DNA of 64,000 nt from Thermoanaerobaculia bacterium. GTDB lineage: Bacteria; Acidobacteriota; Thermoanaerobaculia; UBA5066. A program made the translations under genes and the position numbers. The notes below the pieces were generated by a model that saw only the letters and a program-made list of their open reading frames with translations, had not been told where the DNA came from and searched no databases. Location: the NCBI GenBank assembly GCA_963719225.1, contig CAVRAY010000001.1, positions 1,184,001 to 1,248,000 of the forward strand. Direction: 5' to 3'. How positions within the stretch are numbered: the stretch's first letter is position 1; the number at the start of each line of letters is the position of its first letter. Below are positions 37,252 through 44,653 of this stretch, piece by piece.

Positions 37252-38484
37252 GTGCGCCTCCTCCACAAGACGAACATCGACTTCCTGAAGGTCAAGTGGA
37301 TCTGCATCTCTCTGTCGATCCTCTCGATCGTCATCGGCACGATCTCGCTGATCGTGAAGGGCGGCCCGAACCTCGGGATCGACTTCACTGGCGGCGCGCA
37401 GATCGTCTACCGGTTCTCGAAGAACCCCGACGAAGACCAGATCCGCAAGATCGTCGAAGCGGCGAACGTCAAGGTCGTCTCCGTCCAGCGCTTCGACAAG
37501 CCCGAGAAGAACGAGGTCCTGCTGCGCGTCCCCCTCGAGAAAAAGGAAGGGCGTGACCTCTCGAAGGAAATCACGACGGCGCTCACCAAGGATCTCTTTC
37601 CGAAGGGGACGGAAGCCGGAGTGTTCGACTTGAACCTGAACGGAGGCGATCTGCTTCTCGCGAAGCTGATCGCCGACGACCCCGAGAAGCTCGCGACCCG
37701 GCCCAGCGCCGACCCCAAGGTGGAGTACGGCCGTGAGGCGCAGGCGATCATCGCGGCGCGCTCGGAACGAGGGCTCTTCGCATCCGTGGACGAGGCCGCG
37801 AAGACCCCGGGCGTGTCGCCGGCCGCCGGCGAGTGGCTCAAGGCGAAGACGGTCACGGGACCCTTCACACTTCTCTCGGCCGAGAACGTCGGCCCCCAGG
37901 TCGGAAAGGACCTGCGCGAGAAGGGCATGTGGGCCATCCTCTTCTCCTGGGCGGCGATGCTCGCGTACATCGCGTTCCGCTTCCGCTCCGCCTCCTTCGG
38001 AACGGCGGCGGTCGTGGCGCTCATCCACGACACGTGGATGACTCTCGGGCTCTGTTCGATCCTGAACCTCGAGATCTCGCTCACGGTCGTCGCGGCCTTC
38101 CTCACGCTGATCGGCTATTCCGTGAACGACACCGTCGTCGTCTTCGACCGGATCCGTGAGAACCGCGAAAAGTCCAAGCGCACGCCGCTCGCCGAGCTCG
38201 TGAACCACTCCATCAACCAGACGCTGTCGCGGACGATTCTGACCTCCGTGCTCACGTTCGTGGTCGTCGTCGTGCTCTTCTTCCTCGGGGGCGAGGTCCT
38301 CCGCGGCTTCGCGTTCGTGATGATCGTCGGCATCATCGTCGGGACCTACTCGTCGATCTTCATCGCGGCTCCGCTCGTGGTCGTGTGGGAGGAGTGGAAG
38401 CGGAAACGGGCCGAGAAGAAGCCCCGGCCCGCGCCCGCGCCCGCGAAGGGCGGAAAGGCCGCCGCCGCGAAGGCGAGATCGTGA
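37252..38484 (+). CDS. secF: Protein translocase subunit SecF with an inserted HhH-like segment
   Basis: LGIDFTGG, VGPQVGKDL, ALIHD, GYSVNDTVVVFDRIREN, GTYSSIFIA; extra ~75 aa insert in the periplasmic domain. Confidence 0.96.
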   Translation: MRLLHKTNIDFLKVKWICISLSILSIVIGTISLIVKGGPNLGIDFTGGAQIVYRFSKNPDEDQIRKIVEAANVKVVSVQRFDKPEKNEVLLRVPLEKKEGRDLSKEITTALTKDLFPKGTEAGVFDLNLNGGDLLLAKLIADDPEKLATRPSADPKVEYGREAQAIIAARSERGLFASVDEAAKTPGVSPAAGEWLKAKTVTGPFTLLSAENVGPQVGKDLREKGMWAILFSWAAMLAYIAFRFRSASFGTAAVVALIHDTWMTLGLCSILNLEISLTVVAAFLTLIGYSVNDTVVVFDRIRENREKSKRTPLAELVNHSINQTLSRTILTSVLTFVVVVVLFFLGGEVLRGFAFVMIVGIIVGTYSSIFIAAPLVVVWEEWKRKRAEKKPRPAPAPAKGGKAAAAKARS

Positions 38485-38574
38485 CGAACGTGAGGGCGGC
38501 TCCGGCAGGGTAGAAGCTACGGGCGGCCGAGGGCGCCCTTCTTGCATGATTCCGGTACCAGGAGGACTCCCCAC

Positions 38575-39390
38575 GTGCTGGTGGTCTTCACGGACCTGGA
38601 CGGGACTCTCCTCGAGGAGGACGGTTCGCTCTCCGAGGACGCGCGTGCGGCCGTGGGCGCCCTTTCGGCCGCGGGGATTCCCGTCGTTCCGCTCACGAGC
38701 AAAACGCGGCTCGAGCTCGAGAGCTGGATCGCGGTCCTCGATGCCGGAGGCGCCGGGGCTTTCGAGAACGGCGCGGGGATTCTGACGTCGGGAGATACGA
38801 AGACGGTGATTCCGGGGACAGGAGAACGGGAGATTCTTAGAAGGAGAGAGACCGAAGTCCTGCCCGCTGCGGTCGCCGTTGGCGAGCTGCGCCTCGCCCT
38901 CGATGCGCTTCGCCGGCACACGGGCCTTTCCCTCTTCTCCTTCGAAGAAATCCCCGACGCCGAGTGGGTACGCCTCACCGGCCTCCCGCTCGACGACGCG
39001 GGCGCGGCGCGTGCGCGGGAGTTCGATCTTCCGTTCATCGTCTCCGACGGCGACGCCTCCGCGGTCTTGTCCGCGCCGCTTCCGCCGCGCGTTCGACTGG
39101 TTCGCGGCGGGCGCTTCTGGCACCTCTCGGGCCTCCACGACAAGGCAGACGCCGCGCGAAGACTTCTCGAGCTCCTCCGCCCGTCCCGGACGATCGGGCT
39201 CGGCGACGCGCCGAACGACGCCGCGTTCCTTCGGATCATGGATCATCCCGTCCTCGTCCCGAAGAAGGCGGGAGTCGACGAAACGTTGCGCGCCGCCCTT
39301 CCCCGCGCTGGCGTCGCGCCGGCCCCCGGAGGCGCGGGCTGGAGCGCGGCCGTGCGCGCTCTCGTTCCCGCGGAAAGGATGGGTGCGTGA
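38575..39390 (+). CDS. Mannosyl/glucosyl-3-phosphoglycerate phosphatase (HAD IIB, MpgP/GpgP)
   Basis: AGGAGG RBS then GTG; FTDLDGTLL, TSKT, ENGA, REF..PF, GGRFWHL, DK, GLGDAPND. Confidence 0.85.
   Translation: MLVVFTDLDGTLLEEDGSLSEDARAAVGALSAAGIPVVPLTSKTRLELESWIAVLDAGGAGAFENGAGILTSGDTKTVIPGTGEREILRRRETEVLPAAVAVGELRLALDALRRHTGLSLFSFEEIPDAEWVRLTGLPLDDAGAARAREFDLPFIVSDGDASAVLSAPLPPRVRLVRGGRFWHLSGLHDKADAARRLLELLRPSRTIGLGDAPNDAAFLRIMDHPVLVPKKAGVDETLRAALPRAGVAPAPGGAGWSAAVRALVPAERMGA
38826..38850 (-). repeat. Dispersed CTAAG motif copy (antisense in phosphatase, EILRRRE)
   Basis: minus strand ctctctcctt-CTAAG-aatctcccgt. Confidence 0.85.
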
Positions 39391-39391
39391 G

Positions 39392-40684
39392 ATGACCCTG
39401 ATCGCGAGCCCCGAGCTCGATGCCGGCGTGATGACGCTCCTCAAGAATCTCGGCCGCGTGGACCTCCTGGTCGGGATCCCGTCGTTCAACAACGCCCGAA
39501 CGATTGGGCACGTCGTACGCGCCGTCGCGGCGGGCCTCGCCCGCCACTTCCCCGAGGCGAAGACGGTTCTCGTGAACAGCGACGGCGGCTCGACGGACGG
39601 GACACGCGACGTGGTGGTGAAGACGGAGCTCGGCGACCTCACCGAGATCCTCGTGGACGCGGTTCCGTCCTCGCCCCTTTCGCGCATCGTGACGCCGTAC
39701 TCCGGGCTGCCGGGAAAGGGGAGCGCGCTCCGCACGATCTTCCGCATCGCCGCCGAGCTGGAGGCCTCCGCGTGCTGCGTCGTCGACAGCGACCTGCGCA
39801 GCATCACGCCGGAATGGGTGGAGCTCCTCTTGACCCCCGTTCTCGACCACGGGTACGAGTTCGTCGCGCCCCTGTACGCGCGGCACCGGTACGACGGCAC
39901 GATCACGAACACGATCGTGTATCCGCTCACGCGCGCGCTCTACGGGCACCGCGTGCGTCAGCCCATCGGCGGAGATTTCGGGTTCTCGGGCAGACTCGCG
40001 AGCCGGTTCCTCGAGTACGAGGGCTGGGAAGGCCCCGTCGCGAGGTACGGCATCGACATCTTCATGACGACGACGGCGCTCGCCGAGAACCACCGGGCGT
40101 GCCAGTCCTTCCTCGGCGCGAAGCTCCACGATCCGAAGGACCCGGGAGCGGACCTTCAGGACATGCTCGTCCAGGTCGTCTCGACCCTCTTCGACCTGAT
40201 GGGACGCTACTCGGACGTCTGGAAAGGAGTCAAAGGCTCCCAGGACCTCCGCACCTTCGGCCTGCCGTACGCGGTCGGACTGGAGCCGGTGCCCGTCAAG
40301 ATCGACCGGCTGGTCTCGCTCTTCCGACAGGGCGCGGCCGAGCTTCCTCCCGTCTGGAAGAGCTTCCTCGCCGAAGACGTCTTGCGCGGCATCCAGGAAG
40401 CCGCCGCGCGCGTCCCGCCCTCTCTTTCCGACGAGCTCTTCGTGCGGATCGTCTACGACGCCGCGGCGGGGTACACCCGGAAGAGCCTGCCGAGGGAAAC
40501 GCTCATCCGGTCCCTGATCCCGCTTTACCTCGGCAAGGTGGCGACGTTCGTGGAAGAGACGCGCGAGGCCGAGGCTGCGGAGGCCGAAGCGCGGCTCGAG
40601 ACCCTCGCGCGCGTCTACGAGAGCGAGAAGGCGTCTATCGTCCTGGCCTGGGACACGAAGAAGAAAGAACAGGCGAACCCCTAA
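39392..40684 (+). CDS. GT2 glycosyltransferase, glucosylglycerate synthase (Ggs)-like
   Basis: VGIPSFNN..TI, SDGGSTDGT, GKGSA, VDSDLRSITPEW, Y.RH.YDGTITN, RQPIGGDF, YGIDI.MT, K.HD.KDP. Confidence 0.8.
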   Translation: MTLIASPELDAGVMTLLKNLGRVDLLVGIPSFNNARTIGHVVRAVAAGLARHFPEAKTVLVNSDGGSTDGTRDVVVKTELGDLTEILVDAVPSSPLSRIVTPYSGLPGKGSALRTIFRIAAELEASACCVVDSDLRSITPEWVELLLTPVLDHGYEFVAPLYARHRYDGTITNTIVYPLTRALYGHRVRQPIGGDFGFSGRLASRFLEYEGWEGPVARYGIDIFMTTTALAENHRACQSFLGAKLHDPKDPGADLQDMLVQVVSTLFDLMGRYSDVWKGVKGSQDLRTFGLPYAVGLEPVPVKIDRLVSLFRQGAAELPPVWKSFLAEDVLRGIQEAAARVPPSLSDELFVRIVYDAAAGYTRKSLPRETLIRSLIPLYLGKVATFVEETREAEAAEAEARLETLARVYESEKASIVLAWDTKKKEQANP

Positions 40685-40696
40685 AGGAGGTCCGTG

Positions 40697-41377
40697 ATGC
40701 TCGAGAACCTCGGAAGGCAGATCGGCGACGCGTTTCTGAGACTGGGGGACGCCTTCCTCTCGGTCATCCCCGCGTTCGTGGTCCTCGTGGGCGCCCTCCT
40801 CGTCGGACTCATCGTGGGGGTCCTCATCCGGCTCGCGCTGAACCTCGTCTTCCGGATGGCGCGCGGAGGCGACTCGAGCCCGCTCCTGCGCGCCGCGGGA
40901 TTGAAGACCGCTCCCTCCGCCCTGGCGGCGGGTATCTCGTTCTGGGCGGCCGTCCTCGTGGCGCTCGCGGTGGGCGTGAACGCCCTCGAACCGGGAGCTC
41001 TCCGGAACGTGCTGGCGGACATCGTCGCGTTCCTGCCCCGCATCCTGACGTCCGCGCTCATCGTCCTCCTCGGGTTCGGTCTGGCCGCCCTGGCGCGCCG
41101 GAGCGTTCTCCTGGCAGCCGTCAACTCGGGCCTGCCATGGGCGCGAGCGGGCTCGCGTCTCGTCCACGCCGCCGTTCTCGTCTTCTTCGTGGCCATGGCG
41201 CTCGACAACCTCGGCGTGGCCCGCTCGATCCTCGTCGCGGCTTTCTCGATCGTGGCGGGAGGCTTCGTCCTCGCGCTCGCCCTTGCCTTCGGCCTCGGCG
41301 CGCGCGACCTCGCGAAGGGCTATCTCGAGAAGAGGCTCCGCGCGGAAGAGGAGGAGAGCGGCATCCATCACGTCTGA
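40697..41377 (+). CDS. CmpX/MscS TM-helix-repeat membrane protein (no MscS pore domain)
   Basis: FLP.I..A..I, ALD.LG.A..I, ALAFGLGARDLA; ends without the MscS beta-domain. Confidence 0.75.
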   Translation: MLENLGRQIGDAFLRLGDAFLSVIPAFVVLVGALLVGLIVGVLIRLALNLVFRMARGGDSSPLLRAAGLKTAPSALAAGISFWAAVLVALAVGVNALEPGALRNVLADIVAFLPRILTSALIVLLGFGLAALARRSVLLAAVNSGLPWARAGSRLVHAAVLVFFVAMALDNLGVARSILVAAFSIVAGGFVLALALAFGLGARDLAKGYLEKRLRAEEEESGIHHV

Positions 41378-41410
41378 GCGCCAGAGCCGCGCGCTTCGGT
41401 CCTTTGGGCG

Positions 41411-42631
41411 TCAGGACTTGAGGACGCCTCCCTCGGTCGCGATCGCTTCCAGGAGCTGATCTCCCGCGTCCGGGATGGCGGCGAGGACCCGGGCCCAGTT
41501 CGGGATGAGCGGAACACCAAGCGGATCGAGATTAAACTGCTCCACGCCGGCCTTGAGCGCTTTCGCGAAGGTGGCCACCGCCGACTCCTCCTCGTGGCGC
41601 TGGAAGACCAGCCCGTTGAAGCGCGCGAGAGAGTAGTAGTCGTTGAGCGCGTCCTCGGCGCGGCGCTGGTACGAGGCCAGGAGGGACTTCAGCGCGCCCT
41701 CCGAAAGCACGACGTCCGCGGCGGCGAGCGTGCGGAGCAGGTGCTTGGCGATGTCGCAGGCCATGCGGTGCAGTCCGCTGTTCGGGTCGTCGGGCGAGAG
41801 GGCCTGGTGCTTGTGGTCGTACTGATCGGCGAGATCGATCTGGCAGACGCGCCGCGGCGCGCTGTGCCGGAAGACCTCCGAGAGGACGCCGATCTCGAGA
41901 CCCCAGTCCGCCGGCACGCGGACCTGGCGCGCGAGGTCCGCCGACAGCGCGAATTCGCCCGCGAGGGGATAGCGGAAAGACGAGAGGAACTCGAGATAAG
42001 GATGCGATCCCAGGAGCGCCCGAAGGGCCGAGAGGAGCGGCCAGACGAAAAGGCGCACGACGCGCCCGTTGAGGCGGTCGGTGAATCGCGCGTAGTACCC
42101 CTTGCAGAAGTCGAAGTTGTAGATCGGGTTGACCAGCGGGTAGAGAAGCCTCGAGAGCGAGGCTCGGTCGTAGTCGATGACGTCGGCGTCCTGGAGCGCG
42201 ATGTGCTCGATGTTCCCGAGCGCCAGCAGGTATCCGAAGGCCATCCAGCAGGCCCTGCCCTTGCCGCGTTCCCCGAGCTTGAGGTCGCTCCCTTCCAGCT
42301 TCGCGAGGAGAGCCGTCACGCCCGGGCCGTCGTTCCAGAGGACGACCGTGCGCACCTTCATCCTCTTGAAATACTCCAGCGCGCCGCGGTATCCCGCCTC
42401 GTCGGCCCGGTCGAGCGAGATCACGACCGTGTCGAGATAGGCGAGCTGGGAGATCTCGTCGCAGATGCGCGCGAGCGCGGGGCGCTCGAGCTCGTTGACG
42501 AGGCAGGGGATGAGGAGCGCAGTGCGCGCGCGCCGCGTGGTGCGCGCGATGGCCTCGTCCAGCTCCTGGGTCGGCCGGTTTCCGAGGCGCGTCAGCGTCG
42601 TGATCGAGCCGGCCTGGAAGAAGTCGCTCAT
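41411..42631 (-). CDS. gpgS: Glucosyl-3-phosphoglycerate synthase (GT2 family)
   Basis: MSDFFQ.G.ITTL, GKGR.CW, DAD, FCKGYYAR, GRV.RL, FRYPLAGEF, DWGLEIG, YDHKHQ. Confidence 0.85.
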   Translation of the reverse strand: MSDFFQAGSITTLTRLGNRPTQELDEAIARTTRRARTALLIPCLVNELERPALARICDEISQLAYLDTVVISLDRADEAGYRGALEYFKRMKVRTVVLWNDGPGVTALLAKLEGSDLKLGERGKGRACWMAFGYLLALGNIEHIALQDADVIDYDRASLSRLLYPLVNPIYNFDFCKGYYARFTDRLNGRVVRLFVWPLLSALRALLGSHPYLEFLSSFRYPLAGEFALSADLARQVRVPADWGLEIGVLSEVFRHSAPRRVCQIDLADQYDHKHQALSPDDPNSGLHRMACDIAKHLLRTLAAADVVLSEGALKSLLASYQRRAEDALNDYYSLARFNGLVFQRHEEESAVATFAKALKAGVEQFNLDPLGVPLIPNWARVLAAIPDAGDQLLEAIATEGGVLKS

Positions 42632-42687
42632 TTCACCCGAACATATCAGCCCGCGGACCGCTGCGCGGTCTAAACTTCTTCCCCCCT

Positions 42688-43935
42688 TCACCGCTCGGCA
42701 GAACTTGCTTCGTCCCCGAGAACGCCCTCCCATCTCGCGACCACGACGGCCGCGACGCAATTGCCGGCCAGGTTGATGGACGTCCGGGCCATGTCCATGA
42801 GCTCGTCCACGGCGAGGATCATCGCGACCCCCGCTTCACCCGGCAGGTTGAACGACGCGCAGCCGGCCGCGATGATGACGAGCGACGCCCGCGGCACGGC
42901 GGCGACGCCCTTCGTCGTGAGCATGAAGACGAGGCACATGTAAACCTGTTCGACGAGCGAGAGATGCCGGCCCGCGGCCTGGGCGATCGTGAGGGTCGCG
43001 AGGACGATGTAGAGCGTCGAGCCGTCCAGGTTGAAGCTGTAGCCAGCGGGAAGGACGAAGCCTGCCACGCTCTTGGGGACCCCGAACTCGACGATGCGCT
43101 CGAGGGCGCGGGGGAGCGCGGCCTCGGAAGAGGCCGTCGAGAACGCGATGAGGAAGGGCTCGCGGATCTTCCCGAAGAAGCGCTTCACGGAGACCCGCGC
43201 GAGCTTGAGGGCCGGAACGAGGACGAGGAGCGCAAAGACGACGAGAGCCGCGTAGAGCGATCCGACGAGCTTCGCGTAGCTGTTGAGAACCTTGATGCCG
43301 TGATGCGAAACGGCACCCGCCATGGCCCCGAACACGCCGAGGGGTGTGAGCGCCATGACGTAGTCCGTGAGCTTGAAGAGCACGGCCACCGCGGACTCGA
43401 AGAAGTCCACGAACGCCGTCGCGCGTGTTCCGACGTGTGCAGCCGCGATGCCGAGAAGCGTCGCGAAGATGACGATCTGGAGGATGTCCTGTCGGGCCAT
43501 CGCGTCGATCACGTTCGACGGGAAGAGATGGAGGAGTGTCTCGACGAGCGTCTTCGGCTTGGCGAGGGTCTCGCCCGTGGGCGGAAGCGTGAGGTCGAGG
43601 CCCGGCTTGACGAGGTTCGCGAAGGCGAGGCCGATCAGGAGGGCGATCGTGGTCGCGACCTCGAAATAGATGAGCGCCTTCACACCCATGCGCCCGACAG
43701 CCTTCACGTCCCCCGTCCTGCCGATGCCGAGGACGATCGTGGCGAAGATGAGCGGGACGACGAGCATCTTGATGAGGCTGATGAAGGCTCTCGAGAGGAA
43801 TCGGAACGTCTCGTAAGCCCACGGGTACGTCTCGGCGGGAAGGAAATGCCCGAGGACGACGCCGAGGATCAGCGCGTAGAAGATGAGCGCCGTGGACGAC
43901 AGCCACCTGCGGCGGCGAGGAGGGAAGGCGCTCAC
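42688..43935 (-). CDS. Dicarboxylate/amino acid:cation symporter (GltP/DctA family)
   Basis: FI.LIKM, AFSTASSEAALP, GYSFNLDGS, KGVAAVPRAS, DMARTS.N..GN. Confidence 0.93.
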   Translation of the reverse strand: MSAFPPRRRRWLSSTALIFYALILGVVLGHFLPAETYPWAYETFRFLSRAFISLIKMLVVPLIFATIVLGIGRTGDVKAVGRMGVKALIYFEVATTIALLIGLAFANLVKPGLDLTLPPTGETLAKPKTLVETLLHLFPSNVIDAMARQDILQIVIFATLLGIAAAHVGTRATAFVDFFESAVAVLFKLTDYVMALTPLGVFGAMAGAVSHHGIKVLNSYAKLVGSLYAALVVFALLVLVPALKLARVSVKRFFGKIREPFLIAFSTASSEAALPRALERIVEFGVPKSVAGFVLPAGYSFNLDGSTLYIVLATLTIAQAAGRHLSLVEQVYMCLVFMLTTKGVAAVPRASLVIIAAGCASFNLPGEAGVAMILAVDELMDMARTSINLAGNCVAAVVVARWEGVLGDEASSAER

Positions 43936-44591
43936 GTCGTTCCGACTCCGCGCGCGCGCCGCAGCCGCCGTGCCCTCCAGGTCTCCCACAGGAGCGGCAG
44001 CATCGAGACGGCGATGATGGCGAGGATGACGAGAGAGAAATTCTTCTTGACGATCGGGATGTTGCCGAAGAAGAAGCCCGAGAAGACGCAGACCGCGACC
44101 CAGAGCACCCCGCCGATCACGTTGTACGCCAGGAATACCCCGTAGCGCATCGAGCCGACTCCCGCCACGAAAGGCGCGAACGTTCGCACGATCGGAACGA
44201 ACCGCGCGAGGATGATCGTCTTTCGTCCGTACCTCTCGTAGAACTCTTCCGTCTTCCGGAGGTGCTCCTGCTTGAGGTACTTCACGCTTCCGCTGAAGGC
44301 GCGCAGGCCGATCCGCTTGCCGATCCAGTAGTTGACCGTGTCCCCGAGGATCGCTGCGAGCGACAGGACGAGAAACAGCAGCCAGACGTTCAGCGTGCCG
44401 AGCGACGCGAGCGCTCCGGCCGTGAAGAGGAGCGAGTCGCCGGGCAGAAAAGGAGTCACGACGAGGCCGGTCTCGCAGAAGACGATGGCGAAGAGAATGA
44501 GGTGCGTGAACGTTCCGTAGTCCCGGACGACGTCGGCCAGGTGCCTGTCGAGATGGAGGAAGACGTCGACCAGCTGCTTGACGAAGTCCAT
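43932..44591 (-). CDS. dedA: DedA family protein
   Basis: IVFCETGLVVTPFLPGDSLLF, GDTVNYWIG, ARFVPIVRTFAPFVAG. Confidence 0.93.
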   Translation of the reverse strand: MDFVKQLVDVFLHLDRHLADVVRDYGTFTHLILFAIVFCETGLVVTPFLPGDSLLFTAGALASLGTLNVWLLFLVLSLAAILGDTVNYWIGKRIGLRAFSGSVKYLKQEHLRKTEEFYERYGRKTIILARFVPIVRTFAPFVAGVGSMRYGVFLAYNVIGGVLWVAVCVFSGFFFGNIPIVKKNFSLVILAIIAVSMLPLLWETWRARRLRRARGVGTT

Positions 44592-44653
44592 CGGGGCTCC
44601 TTCGATGGCGCGGAGATTAACCGGAAAGGCCCGTGAGCCCCGATAATGGGGCC

